64,000 nucleotides of DNA from a bacterium (GCA_965205865.1 CBDBHR010000029.1:576001-640000); one strand, 5' to 3'; positions 11,232 through 21,382 are shown, counted from the first letter of the stretch. Made by a program: numbers and translations. Notes: generated by a model from the sequence alone, not told the origin.

Positions 11232-11909
11232 AGAAAGGGGGTCAGGCCTTTGATTAGGTGATTAACCTGAGTTCGAGATAAGAATTTAATAAATTCAATA
11301 TGTTATGGAATCTTCATATCTTAGAGAAACCTTGATAGGGGTCAGGAAGGCATTAGCCTCCCTGCCCTCCGAACCGTGCGTGCGGTTCTCCCGCACACGG
11401 CTCTCCAGTCGTTGGTTTCCTCATCGGGATTGGCTCGCTACCCATCGGGCTTCTTTCATGGTGAAAAGTCCGAGTTGCGCAAAGAAGAGATCGCCTTTGA
11501 CTCCGTTACCCAGAGCCGCCAACATACGTTCGATCCATATCGTTGTTTCCACCCAACTCCAATGAGGAGAGAAAGGGGGTCAGGCCTTTGATTAGGTGAT
11601 TAACCTGAGTTCGAGATAAGAATTTAATAAATTCAATATGTTATGGAATCTTCATATCTTAGAGAAACCTTGATAGGGGTCAGGAAGGCATTAGCCTCCC
11701 TGCCCTCCGAACCGTGCGTGCGGTTCTCCCGCACACGGCTCTCCAGTCGTTGGTTTCCTCATCGGGATTGGCTCGCTACCCATCGGGCTTCTTTCATGGT
11801 GAAAAGTCCGAGTTGCGCAAAGAAGAGATCGCCTTTGACTCCGTTACCCAGAGCCGCCAACATACGTTCGATCCATATCGTTGTTTCCACCCAACTCCAA
11901 TGAGGAGAG
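11232..11909. repeat. Direct tandem duplication with a 338-bp unit (REP motif + MITE left end + intron 3' end)
   Basis: 11232-11571 matches 11570-11909. The ORF track shows the same 86-aa ORF twice, 338 bp apart. Confidence 0.95.
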
Positions 11910-12624
11910 GCTTCTGTTTCCAGGTTAGTCATCTCCGACACTTTGGAAACTCCTTTTTCTTGAGGATCAACTTGATGAACTGCTCGTATCCAACTTCCTA
12001 CCCCGCTTCCCTCTTCGGGATTTTGCTTCTCCCGCTTTTCATGAAGCCTGCCTGTCAATTCAGGTTCGTGTTTGTTTTCCCTGTTGGCCATCTGCTTTCC
12101 CGATGGTGTCACAATATCCTCACCTTGTTGACAGACACAACTCCATTACGGTACTATCAGGGTTCTGACTCCTCTACCTCTCACCAAAGGCAGAGGTCTC
12201 CCTGCTTCTCTCGCTTAACCTTCCTGATGTTCCGTCCCCAACCACGTTATGCGCCTGACCCTCGTTTTATCCACCACCGCAACGGGATCAGTGAGTTTCA
12301 GACTTCGCCACGAATGAGCAAGCTCGTCGCTAACATGCCGCCGAATCGGGTTCGTTCTCCTACGGACCACCATTTCGCCTCCGGTTGCTCCCCACCCCGC
12401 CTCATGGCGACGCAGTTACCTTCGGCTACATGGCTGTGGTTTACCATGGCACGGAATTCCACCGTGCTGATTAAGCGCCTTCCCAGGCGCACTCATTCCT
12501 GCGAAAGCAGGAATCCGGAGGTATGCAGCCAGACTGAAATCCGGATCCCCGCTCCCCGCTTTCGCGAGGATGACATATACACTAGGATACTCATATTATT
12601 GAAGATTTATGTCGAACTCAGGTT
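11602..12624. mobile_element. MITE (TIR AACCTGAGTTCGA, GATT target duplication) carrying a group II intron
   Basis: Ends are aacctgagttcga and tcgaactcaggtt, with gatt on both sides. An intron-free copy is at 32273-32490. Confidence 0.9.
11673..12492 (-). mobile_element. Non-autonomous class C (IIC) group II intron with the RT ORF internally deleted
   Basis: 5' GTGCGCC, DV GAGCCGTGTGCGGGAGAACCGCACGCACGGTTC and 3' ...ACCCCTAT. The residual ORF fuses the IEP N-terminus (WVETTIWIERMLAALGNGVKG) to the C-terminus (FFAQLGLFTM). It lies directly after a hairpin. Confidence 0.88.
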
Positions 12625-12655
12625 GATTAAATAGTGTTACGTTAAATTCTATCAA

Positions 12656-13315
12656 TCAATTTTTCAAGGAGAATAAGATCCGTTTTGATTGCCCCTTCAC
12701 TTGACCGAGCGCATTGATGCCTGAATCGACAAAACTCGAGGCATCATCGCTATCCCTGGAAAAATGATCGCTTTCATGGTATATGGTAGCCACCCGTTGA
12801 TAGTCCAGCTTGGCGTGAGTCGCCTCGATACCGCTAGGAATGAGCACGTCCGTGGTGAGGGCGACGCGAAAGATAAAATCACCAATCACGCTGAGGCCAC
12901 GGGCGGCGGAGGTCGGGCTGACAGCCACGATCTGATTTTCTTGCCCAACCGGGAAAGCCTCTGTGGTCTCGGCTGAAGTCGCGGGTCCGATGATGACGGA
13001 GACCCCACTTGATGAATCAGTTTATTGAAGGCTTCCACGGCACCCTCCACGCTGCTGCGGTCATCTACGATGACGAACTCGATGCTGGCATCGTCGAAGC
13101 GTGTGTTGTTGATCTCATCGAGTGCCAGTTCCAAACCTTGTCCCATTGGTCTGCCAAACGAGGAGGCGAGTCGCCCAGTCACAGGTAAGACGACGCCGAG
13201 GGGAATCTCTCCACCAAGGCTTTCCTTGCTGGCATTGGCGGGTTGGAGAATTTGCGAAATCCGCTCACAGGCGGGAAGAAGCGCAATCAGCGCGCCAAGT
13301 TTACGTGTTTCATCT
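12656..13315 (-). pseudogene. Frameshifted and truncated branched-chain amino acid ABC substrate-binding protein
   Basis: Fragments GLELALDEIN...DDRSSVEGAVEAFNKLI and SPTSAARGLS..GDFIFR lie in different frames. Confidence 0.75.
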
Positions 13316-13407
13316 GAAACACCTCCACTGTCTCATCACTCTGCCTCCACCTAACGCGCGGGTATTAGGCAACAACAACGATAGGAGTTGTTCGCTTGCA
13401 TACCCTA

Positions 13408-14586
13408 GTGTGTCGCTCTTTTATTAATGTGTAAAAAAATCCTTGGTTTGCTATACTACGAGCTGTCCTTTTTTTTGCATATATGGAGACAGCATGAGAA
13501 AAGCACCAAGTATAAAACTGACCCGGGAAGAACGGGATGAATTGGGCAAAACCGCACGCCGTCATACCGGAGCGATGCGAGACACTCGTCGTGCGCGCAT
13601 CATCCTGTTGGCTGCTGATGGCCTTAAGAATCAAGAAATTGCCAAAACGCTTGGAACCAGCGGTAATGCCGTTGGAAAGTGGCGACGGCGCTTTGTTGAA
13701 AAAGGAATAACAGGTCTCAATGATGATCCGCGGCCTGGCAGGACACGCATTTATGGAGCGGATAAAATCGAGGAGATTGTGAAGAAAACCATTGAAGAGA
13801 AGCCTGAGGACCGTACCCATTGGAGCACGCGATCGATGGCCAAGGCAGTTGGCGTAGGCAAGACAACCGTCGGTAAAGTATGGAAGGCCCATCGCCTCAA
13901 GCCTCATCTGGAAAAAACATTTAAGTTGTCGCATGATAAGCATTTCACTGCGAAACTGAAAGATGTCATCGGTTTGTACATGAATCCTCCTGAGAAAGCG
14001 CTGGTCTTGAGCGTCGATGAGAAATCACAAATCCAGGCACTCGATCGCACCCAGCCAGGTCTGCCACTGAAACCAGGGCGCAATGGCACCAGAACTCATG
14101 ATTATATCCGTCATGGCACCTGCTGTCTGTTTACTGCTTTGAATACGCAGACAGGGGAAGTGCTCGCTCGCTGTGAAAAACGGCACCGACACCAAGAGTA
14201 TCTGCGCTTCCTGCGTCTTATTGACAAGACTACCTCGAAGCAACTGCAGGTACACTTGATCCTGGACAATTACGCCACCCACAAACATCTTAAGGTGAAA
14301 GAATGGCTCAAAAAACACCCGCGATTTCACCCGCATTTCATTCCTACTTCCTCCTCATGGCTGAACATGGTGGAACGCTTTTTTGGCAAGATCACTGCAG
14401 AACGGATTCGACGAGGCGCCTTCAAAAGCGTGCTCGAGTTGACCGAAGCCATCCATAGTTACATCGAGACACACAATCGCAACCCAAAACCCTATGTCTG
14501 GACTAAAACTGCCGAAGAAATTATCAACAAACTCAAACCTGTCTACCAAATGACCAATAATACAATGTATTAAACAGGCAATACAC
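13408..14586 (+). mobile_element. IS630-family insertion sequence
   Basis: Flanked by duplicated TA. Ends are (cta)gtgtgtcgc and gcaatacac(tag). Confidence 0.92.
13494..14573 (+). CDS. IS630 transposase
   Basis: VDEKSQIQAL, DYIRHGT, ILDNYATHK and SSWLNMVERFF motifs. Confidence 0.95.
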   Translation: MRKAPSIKLTREERDELGKTARRHTGAMRDTRRARIILLAADGLKNQEIAKTLGTSGNAVGKWRRRFVEKGITGLNDDPRPGRTRIYGADKIEEIVKKTIEEKPEDRTHWSTRSMAKAVGVGKTTVGKVWKAHRLKPHLEKTFKLSHDKHFTAKLKDVIGLYMNPPEKALVLSVDEKSQIQALDRTQPGLPLKPGRNGTRTHDYIRHGTCCLFTALNTQTGEVLARCEKRHRHQEYLRFLRLIDKTTSKQLQVHLILDNYATHKHLKVKEWLKKHPRFHPHFIPTSSSWLNMVERFFGKITAERIRRGAFKSVLELTEAIHSYIETHNRNPKPYVWTKTAEEIINKLKPVYQMTNNTMY

Positions 14587-14589
14587 TAG

Positions 14590-14790
14590 TTAGACCTCTA
14601 GCTCATACCATATAGAAATAATAATTTTGCTTGGTTCTACACTTCCTCCGCATGATGATTGCTTTAAATCTATGATTTTGATTCCAGAATTAGCCTTAAT
14701 CCAAGCATTAATCTCCTCTTCAAGAGACAATGCTGTTTTTGATATATTACGAAAGTAACCACCTGATATTGCAAATATTTTAGTTTTCAT
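14590..14790 (-). CDS. Small hypothetical protein, probable integron gene cassette ORF
   Basis: 66 aa, AT-rich, with an AAGGAG RBS. Its stop overlaps the attC-like R'' box. Confidence 0.6.
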   Translation of the reverse strand: MKTKIFAISGGYFRNISKTALSLEEEINAWIKANSGIKIIDLKQSSCGGSVEPSKIIISIWYELEV

Positions 14791-15364
14791 GACGACTCCT
14801 TTTTTTGTTCATTATCACAGACCTGACGAAAAAGTTCAGTTGTGGTAGAGATTCGCCCAGATACCTCCAACAAACTAAACTCCACCGCAACCCAAAAACA
14901 TTACCACATAGGAAAATCGAAAATTTAGATGACCTTACCATTTGAAAATAGGTGTGTTAAGGGGAATTTAGGGGAGATTTTTTTGATTTTTTGGCAGATT
15001 TTTTGCCGGGATGTGCGGCCTTTGAATGTTTCGCCGCTTTTCTTCTACGCGGGTCGGAAAATACTGGATTTTAGACAAGGGGATCTCTGAGGTTTAAAGG
15101 CCCCATTCTGCATCACAAAAATAAGCTTCATCTGGCGGAAAGTCTCCCCAGTCATAGGAGTCTTCTAACTTATAGCGCATGATAGTAGGGAGGGCGTAAC
15201 CCGGCCATACCAGATTCTATCTCTAATCAACGTAATGATTAAACCTTTGTAATCATTACGATTATTTCTTATCTTAGTGCCATTCGGGACATGGACTTGT
15301 TCCGCGTCCCCATATTTTGCAGATTGTTTCATTACATGTCTCATAATTTTTCCTTTCTCAAAAG

Positions 15365-15795
15365 GTAACTATTCAGGTCTCTTAAGAACTGGACTTTGGA
15401 CATTCGATTTATTCTTTTAATTTTCATTATTCAATAATATCAATTGGTTGAAATTCTTTAAAAAATTAATACAGGTTACTGTTTTCTATTTTTGATGATA
15501 CGACCTGTATTAATTCCAATACAGATTCGTAAGACATTGATTTTATTAAACCCAAAAGTTAGATAAAATGTTCAAAGTCGAGTTAAGAACCCGATTGGTT
15601 AAATAACGTTGAAAAAAGATTCCCGGGGAGGATCCATCGCTTTCACGTCCTTCCACGATATTGTTCAATCGATCGGGTGGGAACTCTCTCCTTCCTTAAA
15701 ACAACAAGGCATGATTTTAGCACTACTACGCGGCCTCAAGCCCCAAATGAAAAAAATGCGGGATTCGCAAAAAATTTAAAAAATCATAAAATCAA
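15365..15795. repeat. Dispersed ~230-bp non-coding repeat (copy A, interrupted by a MITE)
   Basis: Homologous in inverted orientation to 38494-38670 and 38700-38928. Shares the terminus taactattcaggtctct with the latter. Confidence 0.8.
15387..15584. mobile_element. MITE (~200 bp, AT-rich) with 18-bp TIRs
   Basis: TIRs aactggactttggacatt / aatgttcaaagtcgagtt with aag duplicated. Absent from the homologous repeat at ~38910. Confidence 0.75.
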
Positions 15796-16310
15796 GGAGG
15801 AAGGCGATTGATTTTTTTGAAAATGTTGGATAACAGAGGACCGGGAGACGCCTTCGCACAGCAAAAGGGAAGGAAAAGGGAGCATACAGTCGTAGGGAAT
15901 AAGGCATTGGGATAAAGATTTTTCTTTTCAAAGACCATTCGAACTTGTGAGATTATCTATTGGTGGGCATAATTGGGAGAACAGATGATCGCCTGAAAGG
16001 GTTTTCGACCGATGAGTTCCTCAAGTGGGGGCGCGTTTTTTCCAACAGTTTCCAAAGTGGAACGTGAGGCATTTAACATAAAAATCGACATGCTCGGACA
16101 CAGACTGGTTCATATCAAACGACTCGATTTAAAATAAGGAAGCCAACGATTTTTTAGAATCAAGGATTCGAAATTAGCGATATTCATATGTGGAAAATTT
16201 CAACATAGAGTCAAATAACCCACTCCAGTCGACGGCATAAAACAGTTAAAGAATTTTTAGAAGTACTGGATCCAACCTATGACAAGTCACTCATTCAAGA
16301 GATCAAATCG

Positions 16311-16685
16311 ATGCTGACTTTACTTTCAATCGGAGCAGGGGGTTTTCTTGGCAGCATTTCCCGATATTTTCTGTCCACCCAGGTTCATTTGCGGCTGGGG
16401 AGTGATTTTCCTTATGGAACCCTGGTCGTCAATGCCTTCGGTTCTTTTGTTTTGGGAACGCTTGCAGGTTATGCGTATGAGCACATGGCCATCAGCGAAG
16501 AGTTGAGGCAGAGTGTGACTGTTGGATTCTTGGGAGCTTTCACCACTTTTTCGACCTTCAGTTATGAAACGGTCATATTGATGCAAAGTGGAGATTACTG
16601 GAAAATGGGGATCAATATGTTGAGTAATGTATTGATCTGCCTTATTTTGTGTATCCTCGGATTAGAGCTTGTAAAAACGATTTGA
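16311..16685 (+). CDS. crcB: Fluoride efflux channel Fluc/CrcB
   Basis: GGFLGSISRY, FPYGTLVVN and GFLGAFTTFSTF motifs. Confidence 0.95.
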   Translation: MLTLLSIGAGGFLGSISRYFLSTQVHLRLGSDFPYGTLVVNAFGSFVLGTLAGYAYEHMAISEELRQSVTVGFLGAFTTFSTFSYETVILMQSGDYWKMGINMLSNVLICLILCILGLELVKTI

Positions 16686-16694
16686 TGAGGTTTT

Positions 16695-17960
16695 ATGAAG
16701 CATACTATTCAATCAATCCAGGCACTGGAAATCCTGGATTCCCGGGGCAATCCGACTGTTCGAGTAAGAGTGACATTGGAAAATGGTTGCAGTGCGTCCG
16801 CATCGGTGCCGTCGGGAGCTTCCAAGGGGGAAAAAGAAGCCTTGGAACTGCGTGATGGAGACCCTGGTCGCTACGGAGGGAAAGGCGTGCTCAAGGCCAT
16901 TCGCAATATCAACCAGGAAATTTCACCAAAGCTGATCGGTATGGATTCAACCCGACAGGCGGAAATCGACGGACTGATGCTTTATCTGGATGGAACTCCT
17001 TTCAAACAAAACCTGGGAGCAAATGCTATTCTGGGCATTTCAATGGCAATTGCCGCAGTGGCAGCACAATCCGTTGATCTTCCTCTCTATGCATACATGG
17101 GGGGGGTGGACAGCTTCCTTTTACCCGTTCCGATGATGAACATCATCAATGGAGGAGAACATGCCGACAATAGTGTGGATCTGCAAGAATTTATGATTGT
17201 GCCTCTGGGGGCGCCGAATTTTACGGAAGCACTCAGGTATGGCGCCGAGACATTTCATGCCTTGAAAAAAATTCTCCGGACCAAAGGCTATGTTACGAAC
17301 GTGGGGGATGAAGGCGGCTTTGCCCCCAACTTGCAAAGCAACGAAGAAGCGTGTGAACTGATTGTGGAAGCAATTGAAACAGCCGGATACCGTCCGGGTG
17401 TGGAGATCAGCATTGCTCTGGATGCGGCGGCGAGTTCTTTTTCTGAAAAAGACTCCTACAACTTGGCCAAATCCGGTCAAGGGCAAAAGAGCCGGGAAGA
17501 GATGATTGCCCTGTATAAAAAATGGTGCAACCAGTATCCCATCGTTTCCCTGGAAGATCCTATGGACGAGCACGACTGGGATGGATTCTGCCAAATCACA
17601 AAGGAGATCGGAGACGAAATCCAGATTGTGGGAGACGATCTTTACGTAACCAACAAGGAATTTGTCAAAAAAGGCATCGAAAAGCAAGCTTCCACCGCAG
17701 TTTTGATCAAACTAAACCAAATCGGCAACGTCACGGAAACGATTGAGACCATCAATCTATGCCGAAAAGCCGGTTGGAACTATGTAGTTTCCCATCGCAG
17801 CGGTGATACCGAAGACACTTTTATCGCAGATTTCAGCGTTGCCATGGGCGGCGGACAAATCAAAACAGGGTCTCTCAGCCGCAGTGAACGGCTTGCCAAG
17901 TATAATCGTTTGATAGAAATTGAAGCAGCACTGGGAAAATCTGCTGTTTTCAGTTGGTGA
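16695..17960 (+). CDS. eno: Enolase
   Basis: ILDSRGNPTV, VGDEGGFAP, VSHRSG and QIKTGS motifs. Confidence 0.97.
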   Translation: MKHTIQSIQALEILDSRGNPTVRVRVTLENGCSASASVPSGASKGEKEALELRDGDPGRYGGKGVLKAIRNINQEISPKLIGMDSTRQAEIDGLMLYLDGTPFKQNLGANAILGISMAIAAVAAQSVDLPLYAYMGGVDSFLLPVPMMNIINGGEHADNSVDLQEFMIVPLGAPNFTEALRYGAETFHALKKILRTKGYVTNVGDEGGFAPNLQSNEEACELIVEAIETAGYRPGVEISIALDAAASSFSEKDSYNLAKSGQGQKSREEMIALYKKWCNQYPIVSLEDPMDEHDWDGFCQITKEIGDEIQIVGDDLYVTNKEFVKKGIEKQASTAVLIKLNQIGNVTETIETINLCRKAGWNYVVSHRSGDTEDTFIADFSVAMGGGQIKTGSLSRSERLAKYNRLIEIEAALGKSAVFSW

Positions 17961-18019
17961 TTCCAGCTATTATTTTTAAATTCACGATCATCGTACTCGA
18001 GAATAACCGGGAACAGTTC

Positions 18020-18150
18020 CAATCCCCGCTTTCGCGGGGACAAGATTCATGTTATGAAAACAGGGAACGCGGATCAATCCCCGGATCAAGTCCGAGGACA
18101 CCCTCGAGAAATCGGGGGTCCATGTCCCCTCCCCCGATGTCTCGAGGGCA
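18020..18150. repeat. Cluster of REP-like palindromes between eno and amtB
   Basis: ccccgctttcgcgggg, ccggatcaagtccg and the inverted pair ccctcgaga..cgggg / ccccgatgtctcgaggg. The last motif recurs at 19497 and 19555. Confidence 0.65.
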
Positions 18151-18170
18151 TGGTTTCTGAAACGGAAGCA

Positions 18171-19469
18171 TTAATTCAAATGATATGCATGTTCTCCATG
18201 GGTGTTGGTATCAAGTCCTTCACGCTCATCATCCTCTTCGACCCTCAATCCCATGGTCGCATCAAGAATTTTCACTAAAATGAAAGTCACGACCGATGCA
18301 TAGATCATGGTCGCCAAAACCCCTATAATCTGCGGTCCCATAACGGCAAGATTGCCTTCAAACAAACCGGCTGTTCCCCCAATGGCTTCTGCTGCAAAGA
18401 CCCCGGTCAACAAGGCGCCCAGCAACCCTCCGATCCCGTGTATTCCGAAGGCATCGAGAGAATCATCATAACTGAATTTTCCCTTCATCAATATGGCGCC
18501 ATAGCAAACCAGACCACCGATCAGCCCCATAAGCAAGGCGCCCATGGGAGAAACAAAGCCGGCAGCCGGCGTGATGGTCACCAATCCGGCAATCACGCCG
18601 GAAGCAGCGCCCAAAATACTTGGTTGTCGCCTGAACCACCACTCTGCAAAAACCCAGGAAACCATTGCGCCGGCGGCGGCAATGTGAGTGGTGACGAATG
18701 CGTTTGCAGCCGAAGCACCGGAACTCAACGCGCTTCCCGCGTTGAAACCATACCACCCAAACCACAACAAGGCGGCACCAAGAGCTGTGAATACCAAGTT
18801 GTTCGGATATATTGGCGTCTTGCCATAATCCATGCGCTTTCCGATAATAATTGCCAACACCAGTGCCGAAAAACCGGAAGACATGTGCACCACGGTTCCT
18901 CCTGCAAAATCAAGTGTTCCCATTTCTAACAACCAGCCTCCTGATCCCCATACCCAATGCGCAATGGGATCGTAGACCAACGTTCCCCACAGTAGAATGA
19001 ACACGCAATACGTGGAAAACTTCATGCGCTCTGCAATGGCACCGGAAATCAGAGCAGGCGTGATGATCGCAAACATGCCCTGGAACATCATGAAAACCAA
19101 GTGTGGAATCGATCCACTGGGTTCCGTTCCCACGCCACGGAGAAACAAGTGGTTGAGCCCGCCAACAAAACCTCCAACATCCTCGCCAAAAGCGAGGGTA
19201 TAACCCAAGACCACCCATTGGATGGACATCAATCCCATGGCGAAGAAACTGTGCATGAGAGACGAGAGCACGTTCTTGGAGCGGACCATTCCGCCGTAGA
19301 ACAATGCCAATCCCGGGGTCATGAGCATCACCAAGGCGCATGCCACCATCATCCAGGCTGTATCCCCGGTATCGAGCGTTCCTTCCTCAGCCCATGCAAG
19401 CATTGGAAAGAGCAACAAAAACTGAACGATTTGAATAGTACGAAACAGTGTTTTTTTCATGCGATCCAC
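18171..19469 (-). CDS. amtB: Ammonium transporter
   Basis: PGLALFYGG, DFAGGTVVH, WFGWYGFNAG and DDSLDAFGIHG motifs. Confidence 0.96.
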   Translation of the reverse strand: MDRMKKTLFRTIQIVQFLLLFPMLAWAEEGTLDTGDTAWMMVACALVMLMTPGLALFYGGMVRSKNVLSSLMHSFFAMGLMSIQWVVLGYTLAFGEDVGGFVGGLNHLFLRGVGTEPSGSIPHLVFMMFQGMFAIITPALISGAIAERMKFSTYCVFILLWGTLVYDPIAHWVWGSGGWLLEMGTLDFAGGTVVHMSSGFSALVLAIIIGKRMDYGKTPIYPNNLVFTALGAALLWFGWYGFNAGSALSSGASAANAFVTTHIAAAGAMVSWVFAEWWFRRQPSILGAASGVIAGLVTITPAAGFVSPMGALLMGLIGGLVCYGAILMKGKFSYDDSLDAFGIHGIGGLLGALLTGVFAAEAIGGTAGLFEGNLAVMGPQIIGVLATMIYASVVTFILVKILDATMGLRVEEDDEREGLDTNTHGEHAYHLN

Positions 19470-19666
19470 CTCTCTTCTGATCTAATTTGATACTGACCCC
19501 CGATGTCTCGAGGGCATTTTTCAAACTCTTGTCCGCAAGCAGAAGTCATGCCACCCCCCGATGTCTCGAGAGTATACCTATGATGATCATTTCCCCTCCT
19601 CCGACAGATGTTGAATTTAAACTAACCGTTCCCTTTTTACCAAGTAGCGCCAATAAATACAAATTT

Positions 19667-21382
19667 TCAAAATTTTTCCTTCGAGTGAGACAAAATAAAC
19701 AGGGAGTAAGTGCCATAGTCCGTAACAAAGCGGACAAGCGGATGCTCTTTTTTGAGTTGGTTTTTATACTTACGCTCCGTAATCACGAACAAATCGCTGT
19801 CCTGCGGGTTATTCAAAATTTCAGGATTTCCAGGGAATTTGTAAGTATGCAGCATTTCGATAGGTTGTTTTCCATAATACAAAGCCGCAAATGAAACAAT
19901 GCGATAAAACAGAACTTTCCCCTGGAGAGCATTTGCGCTCCGTACAATGGTAATCAGCGGCTGCTGCACGTATCGTAGATAAACCGGCAGATGAAATCGC
20001 CAAATCCCTTGTGTGGTGAGAAACACAGTTGCTACAGTGATCCAGATTGCAACCCTGATTCTTTTTTTCCAAAAAAACACGCTACCTGAAATCATCCCTA
20101 AAAAAAACGCAATTCCCGTCCCATAGATTTGCCAGGGACTCTGAATCTCAAACCCAAGCCCTTGCTTATTGAAATGATTCTCCAGTAGTGCCGGAAAAAG
20201 CAACAGCATTGCTGAAAAAACCATTCCCATCAAGAAGTATAGAATTGTGACTCCTTTTGGAATCCCGGTGCGGGTTTGGAGGCATCGTTCCAAACAAAGG
20301 GCAATGACAAAGGTCAAAGGAATATAAATCGAAGCAGAATAGTGAGGCAATTTGGTGGTCACGATGGCAAACAAAATCAGGACAAAACCAATCCAGCCCC
20401 CACCCATGACGAGCAAAGGACGCACATGGGGCTGGTGAGGAGAGTAATGCTTCCATTTGAACAGGAATAAAAAGGGAGTCCAGGGAAATAAGCCGAGGAT
20501 CACAATCACAAAGTGGTAATAAAAGGGACCTTGATGCCCTTCCAAAGGCTTGGAAAAAAGGGCTTGTTGGAACTCTATGAATTCTGCAATAAAGTGGAAT
20601 CCATAGACCCACCAATTGATCAGGTACCAGGAAAGGGCCACAGTAAGGGAAAGCACTCCGCAATAGAAAAAATGAAGTAGAGAAATCCACGGATAACGAT
20701 GAAAACCTTTATAAACCGCATATCCCACCAGGGGAATGACGGCTCCTATCGGGCCTTTGGTCAAGACCGCCATTCCCATGCTGATACTGGCAATAGTGAG
20801 GTATCCCCAGTATTGGTGGCGTCCTTCTCGATGTTGCGAAGTAAGATTTTCCTTATATTTTACATCATAGGCATACAACGCATAGGCAGCCAACATGATA
20901 AAGAAATTGAAGGTGTGTTCTATGACCCCACTACGGGCAAACAAGGCAGGCAAAAAGCTTGTCAAATAGAGAATTCCCCACAACATGCCAAATTGATACG
21001 AACGAATTTTTCTGCCAAAAAAGAAACAAAACCAAATGCTCAATACTCCGGCAACTGCAGAAGGAAATCTGGCAGCAAATTCATTGATTCCGAAGAGATG
21101 ATAGCTGAACGATTGCAGCCAGAAAAAGAAGGGGGGTTTTTCCGCAAAAGGATAATTGTTGATGTAAATATTGAGATAATCTCCACGTAGCACCATCTGT
21201 CGACTGGCTTCCGCATAAATATTTTCATCCCAATCGATCAAGGGAGCCGTCCCCAATCCCCACATCAAAAAAAGGCCTGCAAAGGCCGACAAAAACCCGA
21301 ATCCCAACCATTCTGTTTTCTTGGAAAATCCCATAAGATTACGCATCCCTTTCGTTTCTGCTCCCTGCTTTCGCAGGGACAA
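19667..21382 (-). CDS. ArnT/PMT-family (GT83) membrane glycosyltransferase (true start may be downstream)
   Basis: DWDENIYAEASRQM, EKPPFFFW, LTKGP and TKLPHY motifs. Confidence 0.85.
   Translation of the reverse strand: MSLRKQGAETKGMRNLMGFSKKTEWLGFGFLSAFAGLFLMWGLGTAPLIDWDENIYAEASRQMVLRGDYLNIYINNYPFAEKPPFFFWLQSFSYHLFGINEFAARFPSAVAGVLSIWFCFFFGRKIRSYQFGMLWGILYLTSFLPALFARSGVIEHTFNFFIMLAAYALYAYDVKYKENLTSQHREGRHQYWGYLTIASISMGMAVLTKGPIGAVIPLVGYAVYKGFHRYPWISLLHFFYCGVLSLTVALSWYLINWWVYGFHFIAEFIEFQQALFSKPLEGHQGPFYYHFVIVILGLFPWTPFLFLFKWKHYSPHQPHVRPLLVMGGGWIGFVLILFAIVTTKLPHYSASIYIPLTFVIALCLERCLQTRTGIPKGVTILYFLMGMVFSAMLLLFPALLENHFNKQGLGFEIQSPWQIYGTGIAFFLGMISGSVFFWKKRIRVAIWITVATVFLTTQGIWRFHLPVYLRYVQQPLITIVRSANALQGKVLFYRIVSFAALYYGKQPIEMLHTYKFPGNPEILNNPQDSDLFVITERKYKNQLKKEHPLVRFVTDYGTYSLFILSHSKEKF

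Larger units (their letters stand above)
13349..14595 (-). other. attC-like integron recombination site (66 bp when reconstructed) split by IS630
   Basis: Removing the IS gives GTCTAAC...imperfect stem...GTTAGGT, fitting RYYYAAC/GTTRRRY. The stop codon of the upstream small ORF lies in R''. Confidence 0.75.

Noticed and set aside
11232-11909. CRISPR array or DGR template/variable repeat
   Set aside because: There are only two long identical units, with no spacers and no adenine-specific differences.
11714-12634. 306-aa plus-strand ORF, and the ORFs in 51135-52272
   Set aside because: They are antisense or incidental frames across intron RNA and MITE sequence, with no protein motifs.
15590-15850. 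Repeat micro-ORF as an intI 5' end with attI at GTTGGAT (15826)
   Set aside because: The ORF stops after 15 codons, there are no integrase motifs and no cassette follows.
16200-16240. Fluoride riboswitch upstream of crcB
   Set aside because: Only short antisense-like matches are present (tagagtca, cccactcc), and no complete pseudoknot could be built.
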